DNA of 64,000 nucleotides from Enterococcus phage VRE9_2. The notes below the pieces were generated by a model. It saw only the letters and a list, made by a program, of their open reading frames with translations. It had not been told where the DNA came from and searched no databases. Shown in pieces: positions 33,718-43,989 of this stretch. The position numbers were made by a program, and so were the translations under genes. The stretch lies in sequence record PP680568.1. One strand, given 5' to 3'. Positions within the stretch are counted from its first letter, which is position 1. Each line of letters starts with the position of its first letter.

Positions 33718-33972
33718 ATGGCTATTAGAAAAGATTATAATTGGCTTTCTAGTGAATCTAATAAGAAAGCACTAGAAGAAAAACTTTCTTTCTTCAAAGA
33801 AAAAACTGGTCTTGATATAAAACATTATTACGATAAAGGAAACTTTTGTTCTGGTTTTGCTCATGACCATGTAGTAATAGAAGCAAATAAGAAAATTTTT
33901 GCTATTTCAGACGATAAAACTATTTATATTAATAGAAATAATAATTGGGAGGTCTTTAAATATGAAAGTTAG
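33718..33972 (+). CDS. Hypothetical protein
   Basis: 84 aa after conserved promoter-leader. Confidence 0.5.
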   Translation: MAIRKDYNWLSSESNKKALEEKLSFFKEKTGLDIKHYYDKGNFCSGFAHDHVVIEANKKIFAISDDKTIYINRNNNWEVFKYES

Positions 33973-34297
33973 TTTAGAATTAAATAACGTAGAACCAGGA
34001 TTGCTTGATTCAATTGTAAGATTAGTAGGAGATAATCAAGTAAAATTTGATATGACAGAAGAAGTTGAAGCCTCCTTAGAAGAAATTATTTTAGATTCAT
34101 CTTATTTGTATCAAATCAATGGAGAATATCATTCTATTGTAGATATTGACCAAGAAACTCAAATTGTTATTTTTTCTGATATATATGCAAATTTCTTAGA
34201 TACTTTACAATTTTATAATATTAAAAGAATGGCTGATCCGAGTTTATTAGATAAGTTTTTAGAAAAACAAATTGAACTTGATGGGGGATTAGAATGA
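33962..34297 (+). CDS. Hypothetical acidic protein (start at ATG 33962 rather than tracked 33899)
   Basis: MKVSLELNN.. follows GGGAGG RBS. Confidence 0.45.
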   Translation: MKVSLELNNVEPGLLDSIVRLVGDNQVKFDMTEEVEASLEEIILDSSYLYQINGEYHSIVDIDQETQIVIFSDIYANFLDTLQFYNIKRMADPSLLDKFLEKQIELDGGLE

Positions 34298-34557
34298 AAG
34301 TAATTACAGACCCAGTAAGTTCAACGCCATATATAGTTTTAAAAGAAAATCCAAATATTCTGGCTCTCTTGGTTTTTGACAAAAATGTTTTTAGTGATTT
34401 AGATATTGTATATCTAGAGCCTGAAAAAGTTAAACATTTTCACGAAGTAGAATTAAATGATTTTTTTATAGAAATTATGAAATTTACTCGTGAACGAGAA
34501 GGTAAAATAGTAAAAAGTATTGAATCATATAGAATTTTGCCAAAGGAGGATAATTAA
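34294..34557 (+). CDS. Hypothetical protein
   Basis: 87 aa. Confidence 0.45.
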   Translation: MKVITDPVSSTPYIVLKENPNILALLVFDKNVFSDLDIVYLEPEKVKHFHEVELNDFFIEIMKFTREREGKIVKSIESYRILPKEDN

Positions 34558-34810
34558 TTTGAGAGAATATCTTGATTTTGTTATGTATAAGATTAATCAT
34601 TCAATGAGACCAATTTTAATTGGTGGAATAGCTTTTGTTGCATTAATTGCTTTTGCTTTCCCACAAATAGCTTCTATTACTATATTCGGATACGCCTTAG
34701 TATTTTTAGTAGGATTAATAATTTCGATTTTAGGAGTAATTTTAGCCAATACAATATACTTTCTTGTCGTAAAACAAGAACAAAGGAAAGAAAAGAGGCG
34801 AGAAAAATAA
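34520..34810 (+). CDS. Small membrane protein (true start probably TTG 34559)
   Basis: Hydrophobic segments IGGIAFVALIAFAF.. and LVFLVGLIISILGVIL. Confidence 0.4.
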   Translation: MNHIEFCQRRIINLREYLDFVMYKINHSMRPILIGGIAFVALIAFAFPQIASITIFGYALVFLVGLIISILGVILANTIYFLVVKQEQRKEKRREK

Positions 34811-35019
34811 TGAGAGATTTAGATTTGGAAAGCCTAGAAGAACATAAACCCCCACGAACAATTACAATTCCTGACGGAGTCAATATTAGACTTGATTTCT
34901 TTAAAAGACAGGGTGAAGACAAAAAACCAGTTATACTATTAAATAATCCAGGATTGAGCGAATTAGAAAAAATGTTTACCGATCCTAATACAAAAGTTTA
35001 TGGATGGAAAAAAGACTAG
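34810..35019 (+). CDS. Hypothetical protein
   Basis: 69 aa, ATAATG coupling. Confidence 0.4.
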   Translation: MRDLDLESLEEHKPPRTITIPDGVNIRLDFFKRQGEDKKPVILLNNPGLSELEKMFTDPNTKVYGWKKD

Positions 35020-35026
35020 ATTTTTT

Positions 35027-35722
35027 CTAGTCTTTTTTATTTTGCCAATATTCTTTTATACCTACATTAATTTCTTCTTCATCAGGAATATAGATATCCC
35101 CAAAAACTTCTTCAATAGTTGGAAAATTACTTCTAACGATTTCATCCTTTACTTCAATTACAGCATATACTTTATATTCTCCAAATTTACCTTTTTTCTT
35201 TTGACATGCTAATTTAACTAAGCCCAATTTATCTAGTAAGTCTAAAATAGAATCCATAGCATCATAAGCTGAACCCGAAGATTTTTTACCTAATATTTCG
35301 GTAATCAAATAACGTTTAGTAAAGAAAAAGATTTTATTCTTATCTTGATAATACCACTGCATAGCTCGAAGAAAAGAATAAATTGTAATAACATTATCTG
35401 TCTGTATTTGATATAGGTATTTAAGTGTTTCAGGATGAATAGTAGTAAATAAATGTTTTATAGGGAGTTTCATTTTATCATTTTCTTCTAAAATAAAACC
35501 ATATTCTTTTAGCTTATTAATTTGACGATTTATGGTTCGGCTTGACACACATAATTCGTTTGCAGCTTCTTGACTAGAAAAGTCTTTTTTATTAATATAT
35601 CTTGGTTCTCCCTTTTTCCCATTCCATTTAGAAATTACCTGCAAATATCCATATAATCTATCAATATTTCTCAAACTTGTAAAATCTTGTGTCGTTGGAA
35701 TTTGATTTTTATGATTATTCAA
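35027..35722 (-). CDS. HTH-domain transcriptional regulator, lone minus-strand gene within a plus-strand block
   Basis: ..SQEAANELCVSSRTINRQINKLKEYGFILEE.. helix-turn-helix. Confidence 0.55.
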   Translation of the reverse strand: MNNHKNQIPTTQDFTSLRNIDRLYGYLQVISKWNGKKGEPRYINKKDFSSQEAANELCVSSRTINRQINKLKEYGFILEENDKMKLPIKHLFTTIHPETLKYLYQIQTDNVITIYSFLRAMQWYYQDKNKIFFFTKRYLITEILGKKSSGSAYDAMDSILDLLDKLGLVKLACQKKKGKFGEYKVYAVIEVKDEIVRSNFPTIEEVFGDIYIPDEEEINVGIKEYWQNKKD

Positions 35723-35850
35723 ACTTTCTGACCCCCCTTCTACTGAAATAGAAAAAAATTAGGACAGTTTGTCTTGAGATACCCATTTGATTTTTTATAT
35801 ATATCATGATATAATTAATTATAAAGTTAAATAAGGAGGATAAACAGTAA

Positions 35851-36405
35851 ATGATATTTTTTATTATAGTATTTGCTGCAATATTTGTCAATATGTACCG
35901 ACGTGGACGAAAAGTAATTGACAAAGAAGACCAGGGCGTAACCTTTTTATTTTCTGTCGCTATTGGAAGTATATTTCAAGCTACTGCTATTGCTTTAGTA
36001 GCTATATTCATAACATTAAGTTATTATAAAATAACTAATAGTTATGAATTATCTATGGTAGTTACTCCATTAACATATATTAATTCAGAGCAAGATTATA
36101 TAGTTCATAAAGATGGAGAATCAGATGAAATTGATTTTTATACCTTTGCTACATTAGATGTAGATGGGAATACAAAGTTATATAAAAACATTCAAATGAA
36201 TGAAAATACTGATGTTGTTATAGATAATAAAACAAAAAGACCACGATTAGAAAGAGCAGTAGGTTTAATTCCATCAACTCCATGGACATATATTATAAGT
36301 TTAAATCGTAAAGAAGCTACTACTATTGGTTATAAATTAATAGTGCCAGAAGGAACTGTTATAGAAATGCACGAACAGGAGGAATTAGATGCGGGTAGAA
36401 AATAA
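35851..36405 (+). CDS. Membrane protein
   Basis: 184 aa, two N-terminal TM segments. Confidence 0.5.
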   Translation: MIFFIIVFAAIFVNMYRRGRKVIDKEDQGVTFLFSVAIGSIFQATAIALVAIFITLSYYKITNSYELSMVVTPLTYINSEQDYIVHKDGESDEIDFYTFATLDVDGNTKLYKNIQMNENTDVVIDNKTKRPRLERAVGLIPSTPWTYIISLNRKEATTIGYKLIVPEGTVIEMHEQEELDAGRK

Positions 36406-36589
36406 AGCAATTAAAAAACTAATTAAAGAAATGGATCAATCTTTTGAAGAATTTGAGAAAAGTATGAACTATACTTTATCTGCAACACCTCTTATTCAAG
36501 AAATTAAGGAAGTAATGGATCAGCAAAAAGAAACCCAAAAGAGCGAGAAAAGGAGTTGGCGTGATTGGTTAAAGAAATTGTGGCATTAA
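36389..36589 (+). CDS. Hypothetical small protein
   Basis: 66 aa. Confidence 0.4.
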   Translation: MRVENKAIKKLIKEMDQSFEEFEKSMNYTLSATPLIQEIKEVMDQQKETQKSEKRSWRDWLKKLWH

Positions 36590-36780
36590 TTACTGTTTTG
36601 TTTTTAGGTATTGTTGGTGGTTTTATTATTTTGTTTAGTATAGTTGGAACTCTTATGCTGGTGCCAGCTAATATTATTGGAATGGTCATTGTTATTATTG
36701 TTGGACTAGTTATGAGTAAATTATATTCAATTGCAGTTCAAAAAATTATGCCTTATATAAATAATAAATTAATCAACTAA
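36565..36780 (+). CDS. Small membrane protein
   Basis: 71 aa, hydrophobic. Confidence 0.4.
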   Translation: MVKEIVALITVLFLGIVGGFIILFSIVGTLMLVPANIIGMVIVIIVGLVMSKLYSIAVQKIMPYINNKLIN

Positions 36781-36855
36781 GAGTGACTCTTAGTTGATTT
36801 TTCTTTTTTAAAATGATATAATTAATATATAAGGAAATGAAATGGAGAGAAGAAA

Positions 36856-37359
36856 ATGAATTTTTTAGATTTTATTTTTAAGAAATTAAACCCCAAAAAA
36901 GCACAAACAAAAAATATTTATTTAAATAAAGAGGGTAGAGATTTAATAGTTAAATTATATACCGAAACAGAAAATGAAAATGATATTACGTTTAGAAAAA
37001 TATTTCATTATGAAATAAATTTATTAGAATATGGGTTAGAAATTTCTAAAATAGAAGAAACTTTTACTTATTTTCGACTAGAATCGGAAGAAGACAAAAA
37101 TAAAGCTATCCGAGCTATTGCTTCGGGATATTTTTATCCAGGAGTTATTGTTGGGAAACAAGAAGACAATCCTTATATTAAAAATAAACTAAGAGAATTA
37201 GCTTATGAAAACGAACGACTAGAAAGATTCCATTGGGCTTTATATAATACAGAAATTTCTGGAGTTCTTGATATTGAACTTGAGAAGAAATTTAAAAATA
37301 TTGATGACCCAGATAATCAAAATATAGATTCTGTTGGATTTTTATTTTGGAATAAATAG
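36856..37359 (+). CDS. Hypothetical protein
   Basis: 167 aa after promoter-leader element. Confidence 0.5.
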   Translation: MNFLDFIFKKLNPKKAQTKNIYLNKEGRDLIVKLYTETENENDITFRKIFHYEINLLEYGLEISKIEETFTYFRLESEEDKNKAIRAIASGYFYPGVIVGKQEDNPYIKNKLRELAYENERLERFHWALYNTEISGVLDIELEKKFKNIDDPDNQNIDSVGFLFWNK

Positions 37360-37505
37360 AGAAGGCGGTAATCTTATGTTATTGAATATATTTTATTTAG
37401 CAGGATTAATATTTTGTGGATATATTTATATCATGTTTATAGTCGAAGAATTTCTTAAAAGTATACGAAAACGACCATATCGAAGAAAGTGAGTTGATTC
37501 TATAA

Positions 37506-37706
37506 GTGACAGATTTTCTATTATTAATCTTTATTGCTATCATCGCCCCAACATTTCTTTTAATATCTTTGTTTCCTCTTGGAATAGCATTTATTTTTAT
37601 GAATTTAGTGCATTTCTTTATTTTAAAAGCAATAATTTTAGGAATAGGTTTTTATTTAACAATAAAGTTAGGAAATTTAATGGGAATGATTTTATTTGTA
37701 GGATAG
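37506..37706 (+). CDS. Small membrane protein
   Basis: 66 aa hydrophobic. Confidence 0.35.
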   Translation: MTDFLLLIFIAIIAPTFLLISLFPLGIAFIFMNLVHFFILKAIILGIGFYLTIKLGNLMGMILFVG

Positions 37707-37721
37707 AAAGGAATTTAAATA

Positions 37722-38144
37722 ATGGAAGAATTAAGAAAAGATTTAGATAATTTAATAAAAAGCTATGAAGAAATTGCATTTTCTGAAAGTTATGGTTTTG
37801 ATAAATACGATATTCCAATTGTAGCTGAGCGAAATGCCTATAAAAAAGTTTTGCTTGATTTATACAAGTTTCGAAGCAAACATACTAAATTAAAGGCTGT
37901 TCCAATTCCAGTTATGAAATGGATAATCGAATGTAAAGAAAAGCATTTAACTTTAAATGACTCAATTGAACAATTAATAAAATTAAGGTTTAATGATAAA
38001 AAAAATTGGCAAGAGTACGTAGAAATTCTTCATTGGTGGACTGAAAATAGTGTTTTATATGAAGAAGCTTGGTTTAAAGGTCCTACTGTTGCTGCAGTAG
38101 AAAAATTTCAAGATGAATTGGAGGATTTTTATGATAAATTGTAA
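37722..38144 (+). CDS. Hypothetical protein
   Basis: 140 aa. Confidence 0.5.
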   Translation: MEELRKDLDNLIKSYEEIAFSESYGFDKYDIPIVAERNAYKKVLLDLYKFRSKHTKLKAVPIPVMKWIIECKEKHLTLNDSIEQLIKLRFNDKKNWQEYVEILHWWTENSVLYEEAWFKGPTVAAVEKFQDELEDFYDKL

Positions 38145-38334
38145 GTTTCATAAAGGAGATATAATTGGTTCTACGACTGAACCAGGTAAGTACTATGTAA
38201 TTACAGAAATCAACGTTGTTGGCAAAACATATGTTATGAGAAAAATTGAAATGGATTTATTTGATGATAGAGCAACTGTTACTGAAGGTTTAATTTCAGT
38301 AATTGATAAAGATTTTTATAGAGTAATTACGTAA
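38113..38334 (+). CDS. Hypothetical protein
   Basis: 73 aa. Confidence 0.4.
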   Translation: MNWRIFMINCKFHKGDIIGSTTEPGKYYVITEINVVGKTYVMRKIEMDLFDDRATVTEGLISVIDKDFYRVIT

Positions 38335-38357
38335 ATTGATAAGGAGGCTAAATTAAA

Positions 38358-38693
38358 ATGTTAATGATTAGTGGTTCAAGAGGTAGTGGAAAAACTTTTG
38401 CTGCTTTACTATATGCTAGTAAAATGGCTTATCCTTTAGTGGTTAGAGACGAGCGAATGGTTAATTATGTAAGAACTTTGGCAAATGTAATGAATATTCC
38501 ATTAACTAAAGCACCAATTACTTTTAAAGAATATGCTAAAATTTGCAAAAGAGAGTCTGGTGATGAGTTAGAATTTGGTTATGTACTTGATGAACTTCAA
38601 GATTTCGAACGATCTTTTTCTGATGTTAAATTACTTAACTGTCAAGCCTATACATGTACTCTATTAGAAAGTTTTTTCAAAAATGAAAAATAA
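38358..38693 (+). CDS. Small P-loop (Walker A) protein
   Basis: MLMISGSRGSGKTFAALLY.. (GxxxxGKT) within a 111 aa ORF. Confidence 0.45.
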   Translation: MLMISGSRGSGKTFAALLYASKMAYPLVVRDERMVNYVRTLANVMNIPLTKAPITFKEYAKICKRESGDELEFGYVLDELQDFERSFSDVKLLNCQAYTCTLLESFFKNEK

Positions 38694-38705
38694 AGAGGGA
38701 TAAAA

Positions 38706-38966
38706 ATGAAATATGTAGCAATTTTTATACCAGATTTACTTTATATGGATGATAAAGTAGGGGACTTCCATTTCATTTGGAATCCCCAGACAAGAATGTT
38801 TCATCAGCGTTGTGATTTTGAAACAGCTTATCCGCCACTTGTTATTCTTGAAGGTTCTGATTGGTTATTATTCTTGGCTGATGGACGTGATGGTTGGGGT
38901 GAAATTAAAAAAGCGTCTAAAACTCAATTTATAATTTCACAAATCGCCATGGAGGGTCAATTATGA
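38706..38966 (+). CDS. Hypothetical protein
   Basis: 86 aa. Confidence 0.45.
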   Translation: MKYVAIFIPDLLYMDDKVGDFHFIWNPQTRMFHQRCDFETAYPPLVILEGSDWLLFLADGRDGWGEIKKASKTQFIISQIAMEGQL

Positions 38967-39169
38967 ATCTAAATTTAAAAGCATTTCTGATTACCACTGG
39001 GCTAGTTTTGTTTGCAGCATTTTCATTACTTTTTATAGCTCAGAATATGGCGTTAGCTGGTAATTTATTTATTATTGGTTGTTTAATTGGGTGTATCTAT
39101 ATTTTATTCAATATTGTAAAAGAGGTATTAATATATAAAGAAAATAATAAAAAGGATGATGAAAAATGA
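38963..39169 (+). CDS. Small membrane protein
   Basis: 68 aa hydrophobic. Confidence 0.4.
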   Translation: MNLNLKAFLITTGLVLFAAFSLLFIAQNMALAGNLFIIGCLIGCIYILFNIVKEVLIYKENNKKDDEK

Positions 39170-39888
39170 GCGATTTTCAATTAAGTGTAGGATCAAGAGT
39201 TGTTGTTACTGTTGAGGGAATATTTAAAAATGAAGTAGGAACTGTCGAACAGATTTACTTTGATGATTTAAGTGCGAATGTTTTCTTAGATTCTTATGGA
39301 GCGCCCGAGATCTTCAGTTTTTCTTATTTACGTCCTATTGATGATGATCGTTTACCTATACCTAGCGTAGAAGAAATGGTTGAAGAAGCCAAAGAAATTC
39401 TTGCAATTGATAAATTTGAAATTGGTGGTAAAGTTGAGATTCTTACTGGAGAATTCACTGGTTCTGTCGGAACAGTTAAATGTATTAATCAAGATAAAAA
39501 CTCTGTTACTATTATACTTCCAATTAGCACCACTTATTCTAAAACTCTTGATTTTAAGCCAGATGAATTAGCTGTAGTTCATACTAAAGATAGTCTACCG
39601 ATTAGCGTCCTCAAAATCTCCGAACTTGAAGAAGTTCTTCGTTTGAAAAAGGATATTCAAACTTTTAAGCCAGATGAATTAGCTGTAGTTCATACTAAAG
39701 ATAGTCTACCGATTAGCGTCCTCAAAATCTCCGAACTTGAAGAAGTTCTTCGTTTGAAAAAGGATATTCAAACCCAAGAAAATTTTGCGAGAATGCACAA
39801 TGAACAAGCTAAAAAATTCAAAAAACAACTTGAAGAATTTTACGTCAAGCTTCAAGATAAATATGGGGCCCACAGCAATGAAGACTAA
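39166..39888 (+). CDS. Hypothetical protein containing a perfect 37-aa tandem duplication
   Basis: FKPDELAVVHTKDSLPISVLKISELEEVLRLKKDIQT repeated twice (DNA 39553-39663 and 39664-39772). Confidence 0.55.
   Translation: MSDFQLSVGSRVVVTVEGIFKNEVGTVEQIYFDDLSANVFLDSYGAPEIFSFSYLRPIDDDRLPIPSVEEMVEEAKEILAIDKFEIGGKVEILTGEFTGSVGTVKCINQDKNSVTIILPISTTYSKTLDFKPDELAVVHTKDSLPISVLKISELEEVLRLKKDIQTFKPDELAVVHTKDSLPISVLKISELEEVLRLKKDIQTQENFARMHNEQAKKFKKQLEEFYVKLQDKYGAHSNED
39553..39772 (+). repeat. Perfect tandem duplication of about 110 bp (period 111) inside ORF 39166..39888
   Basis: Identical copies starting TTTAAGCCAGATGAATTAGCTG at 39553 and 39664. Confidence 0.8.
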
Positions 39889-40150
39889 AGTAATTGCCAT
39901 TTGCGCCACCATGTTAGTAATACTTGCTCTCTTGGGGTTATTATTTTTTCCAACACTTATAGGAATGTATCCAATCTTAGGAGATTGTATTTTTTGGACG
40001 GTTATGATTATAGCTAGTATATCTCTGATTGTTTTGATATATCAAGAAATATTATATAGGTTAAAAAGCGTAAGAAAGAAAAAGAACTTGAAGAACTTCA
40101 ACAGTATCTTTATAGCGATAAATTGGAAAAACCAAAGGTTAAAGGGGTGA
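39879..40150 (+). CDS. Small membrane protein (start at ATG 39879)
   Basis: MKTKVIAICATMLVILALLGLLFFPTLIGMYPILG.. Confidence 0.4.
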
Positions 40151-40306
40151 TTCTTCATAAATGAATATAAAGAATTAGAATAATGGAAAGATATAGAAGG
40201 TTTTGATGGTAATTATCAAATTTCTTCATTTAGAATGGATTACCCAAAAATAAAATTTAAATCATGGGAAAGAAGCCACAAATTACAATAGATAGGAAGA
40301 ATTAAA

Positions 40307-40519
40307 ATGTATATTGTAGAAATTATTGATCCAGCGAGAGCAGAGTTAGCCTATAGTCCAAAAGTTTTCAGTACTCAAACAGAAGCAAAAGAGTATCTAC
40401 AAGAAGCTTGTGATAATACACATGGACTAGAAGGCGTTATCGTATCAGTATTACTAGAAAAGAATTTCAGTGATAACCGAATGATTCTGACGTCAGCGGA
40501 TATTTTCTATCACACATAA
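40307..40519 (+). CDS. Hypothetical protein
   Basis: 70 aa. Confidence 0.4.
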   Translation: MYIVEIIDPARAELAYSPKVFSTQTEAKEYLQEACDNTHGLEGVIVSVLLEKNFSDNRMILTSADIFYHT

Positions 40520-40836
40520 CAGAAGAGGATGACAAAATATAGTGAAAACTGTACGGACTATATAAACCTTCTATATTAAATATAGAGTACGAAGAGCTAT
40601 ATTAGAAATTTTTCGAGACATATTTCTCGCACTTGAAAGTACTTTTGAAGACATATTTCGCGATTAAGTAATATATAGCGTTCCCTTCGGGAACGTAAAT
40701 AATAGCCTTATATTTTACTCACTTCGTTCGTAAAATATAAGGTACTGGGCGGCTTCGTACGTGGTGATTCTTATTTGAAATTTTTAGTTTTGCGTGCTAT
40801 AATTAATTATAAAGTTAAATAAGAAGGGATTGAAAA

Positions 40837-41184
40837 ATGTTGAGGAAATATTTTATTGATTCGTTGTTGGGTAGTGTGCCACGAGTTCGTGGTAGAAAGA
40901 GAATTATTTTTTATATTGAGAACGATAGTGCATTGGAAGAAGATTTATTGGAAGCCTTACAAGAATCTAAGTACGATGTTAAATGGCAATCTGGTGTTTC
41001 CCCAACACTTTTTAGTGCTATTAAAATGAATGGTTCAATTGCAATTTCTTGTACCGAGAGAGAATCAATGGATAGTTTTATATTAACTTATTATGATTTA
41101 AATTCTGTTTTTTCTTGCGACCACGAAGAAGTTTCTCGTAGACTTCATTATAGGCTTTTTGCTAGAACTTGGAGGGGTAAATGA
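40837..41184 (+). CDS. Hypothetical protein
   Basis: 115 aa after conserved promoter-leader (40792-40828). Confidence 0.5.
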   Translation: MLRKYFIDSLLGSVPRVRGRKRIIFYIENDSALEEDLLEALQESKYDVKWQSGVSPTLFSAIKMNGSIAISCTERESMDSFILTYYDLNSVFSCDHEEVSRRLHYRLFARTWRGK

Positions 41185-41503
41185 TATGAGTATGTTACAA
41201 TATTATTTGTCGAATTTATTGAAGCAATGCCGAGAAGATGGTATTTTTTATATACAGTTTGATGTAGGTAATAATAGAAATGTAATGAAAAAACTATTAG
41301 CTTCGCTTATGACAATGGAAGGATACAATATTACTTGGGGTGGCTCAGGAGATCCTCTTATAAATTATTGTCCTGTTATTGCTCAGACAATTGTCCTAGT
41401 TAAAGAGAATACTATATTCACAACTTGTGTTATCAATCATGATGACGATTATTCTGTATATGTTCCATTTCATTTAATAAGTAAAGTATTGGAGGAAGGA
41501 TAA
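41178..41503 (+). CDS. Hypothetical protein
   Basis: about 108 aa. Confidence 0.45.
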
Positions 41504-41742
41504 TGGCAATTAAGATAGTAGGACCGATTAAAGAATTAACGGAGAATGAAGATCTTGTATGTTGGGTTTCTCCTACAATGGATGTTTTTAAAGGTAAGAT
41601 TTTTCAAAAAGAGGATTTTACTAAAGTGGAAACTTGGAGTGGTATAAACACATATATTCCTAAGTCTGGTGGCTTTACTTATGCAAAAAGATGGGTCTTG
41701 GACACAGAAGATATTAGGTCTGATTGGTTCAAACACGAGTAA
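41503..41742 (+). CDS. Hypothetical protein
   Basis: 79 aa, ATAATG coupling. Confidence 0.45.
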   Translation: MAIKIVGPIKELTENEDLVCWVSPTMDVFKGKIFQKEDFTKVETWSGINTYIPKSGGFTYAKRWVLDTEDIRSDWFKHE

Positions 41743-41904
41743 AATCCTCCGTTTTGGTAAAAAAATAAGGAAAAATAAAAAAGAAAAAATCCGTGTGATA
41801 GACGGTTAAGACGCACAAAACCTAGCCTAGAGGACACATTAGACGGGAAAATATACGAAAAATTATTCGAGGGCGTCGAAAAATCTTAATATTGAAGAGG
41901 AAAT

Positions 41905-42025
41905 TCTCGAAATTGAAATGGAAACCCTCGATAAACTTCAAAAACCCTCAATGTTGAGATAAAGATTATTGAAAACCCTCAATGTTAAAATGAAAACCCT
42001 CAATGTTGTGTGGCACCCTCCAGTC
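41905..42025 (+). repeat. Iteron-like direct repeats of GAAAACCCTCAATGTT (3 perfect + 2 degenerate copies)
   Basis: Copies at 41941, 41971, 41992; degenerate GGAAACCCTCGATAAAC at 41920 and GGCACCCTCCAG at 42012. Confidence 0.6.
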
Positions 42026-42096
42026 TCAGTTTAACGCAAGGCTAGCCCCGTCCTCCCTTATAACAAACACGACGATACGCGACAAACCTAGAAAGG

Positions 42097-42459
42097 ATGA
42101 TTTATTTGAGTAAACAGCTTAAAATGGCAGTAATTCAAAGTGACGAAATGATATGTTATTTTGATGATGAAACTAGAGAGGTTCAGCGTTATAGTGATAT
42201 ATGGAATATAGATCGAATGAGGCTCCACGTAATTAAACAGGGCGCCACCTTCGTATGTGCAGTATCGACTCCTAGTGGTTATATAAGAGAATATTATGTT
42301 AATAACAAGCCAAAAGTGCAGAGTATATCTATGAACGAGCTATTCAAATCTGGTGTCGACAACATTGGACTGGCCCAGCCCCACAATCCATGGAGAGAAG
42401 ACAAGCCCCAAACAGAGAGCCGCCTAGATGAGAATGCTTACTCCTCTCTCTCTTGGTAG
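42097..42459 (+). CDS. Hypothetical protein
   Basis: 120 aa. Confidence 0.45.
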   Translation: MIYLSKQLKMAVIQSDEMICYFDDETREVQRYSDIWNIDRMRLHVIKQGATFVCAVSTPSGYIREYYVNNKPKVQSISMNELFKSGVDNIGLAQPHNPWREDKPQTESRLDENAYSSLSW

Positions 42460-42633
42460 ACACCATTTGAAAAATTATATTCATAATGATATAATTAATA
42501 TATAAATGAGATATGAAAAATAAATAAAAACATAGGGGGCGGACATATCCCCCTAGTTTACTCCCCCAGTTTCGGGAGGAGCATTTAGGATTTTCAATTT
42601 TCGTTTTTCAATTTTGAAAGGGGATTTTAGATT

Positions 42634-43803
42634 ATGAAATTATCACGACTAACTCAGGAAGATGTTATTAAAATTATAGAAAGCACTCCAAGAACACAAC
42701 TTGAAAGACGAGGATCTGAAGAAGGCTTTACATTAGGATTTATTCTTAATAAATTAGCTCGTAGTATGGTAGTGGCAGAAACGCAAGAAGAATTTTCTAA
42801 TCTTAGAACTAATGCAGATGGATTCTTAACTGGAGAAGAACGGTATAGTGAATCTACTGGTTTCTATATCATATCTGAAAAAGAGGTTGATGGAAATTAT
42901 ATTAGTATTAGTCAATCTGAAAATATCTCTAATTTAATTTTGTATCCTCAACTTTATACTCGTGAAGAAGCCCAAGTAATTGGAATGCGTTTGCGTACAG
43001 CGATTAATGATTTATTGTCTTATAGCTCTAGTCTTACAGCAGACACAAAAGTAGATCCATATGCAATCGTTCAAAAAGGATTATTAAATTATCTAATGCC
43101 TAAAGAGGCTCGAGTTATCTCAAGCGCTTATGAATATATGTATAATAATCTAACAGACAAAAAGATTGGAGACGTTGTTAGTCCTTTCTATCTATCTGAA
43201 GAAGTGCGTGCAGGAGCTCCATTCTCTGTTAAGAAATCATTAGAAAAGATTGACCCTAATTTCGAACTGAAGAATCGTATTGGCTTATTTGCAATCTGGT
43301 CATGGTCTCAACTATTCACCGCTATCGAAGAAAATGGTTGGGCAGGTTCACCTACGTTAAATGACCTAGGTGTTGATTCAGACTTTATCCAAGAAACACT
43401 TGGAAAATTTGATGAAGATTTGAAGAAACATATTGTGGAAATGCAATACGTATATACTTCACGTAAATATTTGGGTTATGAATACCTACGTGATAATCTA
43501 ACTAAATATCAATCCCCTACGAAGATCGGTCCGTTTGAATATGGAATGGCAACTGTTTATAGTGGGACTACTGGAGCTTATATTTTAGTATCTGTTCGAG
43601 GTAAACATACATTCTCTAACCCTCGACACATGGAAGGATTCCTTCAACCTGCGACTTACGAAGAAGCAGTTGATGACCTAACTATTGGAAATATTATTTC
43701 AACTGAACCTTATAACCAAGACAAGATTGTCTTTGAGAAAGCAAGCAATAGTGTAGCTCGTTATATCTTAAACAATCTAAAAACCATTGAAGAAGAAGAA
43801 TAA
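42634..43803 (+). CDS. Hypothetical protein (389 aa)
   Basis: Long ORF with RBS; strong terminator AAGGACCCCTCGTGGGTCTTTTTTTG at 43808-43833. Confidence 0.6.
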   Translation: MKLSRLTQEDVIKIIESTPRTQLERRGSEEGFTLGFILNKLARSMVVAETQEEFSNLRTNADGFLTGEERYSESTGFYIISEKEVDGNYISISQSENISNLILYPQLYTREEAQVIGMRLRTAINDLLSYSSSLTADTKVDPYAIVQKGLLNYLMPKEARVISSAYEYMYNNLTDKKIGDVVSPFYLSEEVRAGAPFSVKKSLEKIDPNFELKNRIGLFAIWSWSQLFTAIEENGWAGSPTLNDLGVDSDFIQETLGKFDEDLKKHIVEMQYVYTSRKYLGYEYLRDNLTKYQSPTKIGPFEYGMATVYSGTTGAYILVSVRGKHTFSNPRHMEGFLQPATYEEAVDDLTIGNIISTEPYNQDKIVFEKASNSVARYILNNLKTIEEEE

Positions 43804-43989
43804 AGGTAAGGACCCCTCGTGGGTCTTTTTTTGTATTAGTCAGGATAATTTATCCTCTCTGTTTTATTATAACATTTTATACAGAAAAAATCAAGGGGTG
43901 CTGAGTTTTAGGAAAAAATCCTGGCTTTACGAGGCAAGCCTTTAACGTGGCAAAAATCTAGCGTGGTGGTCAGCATTAGGCTGGGTTCC

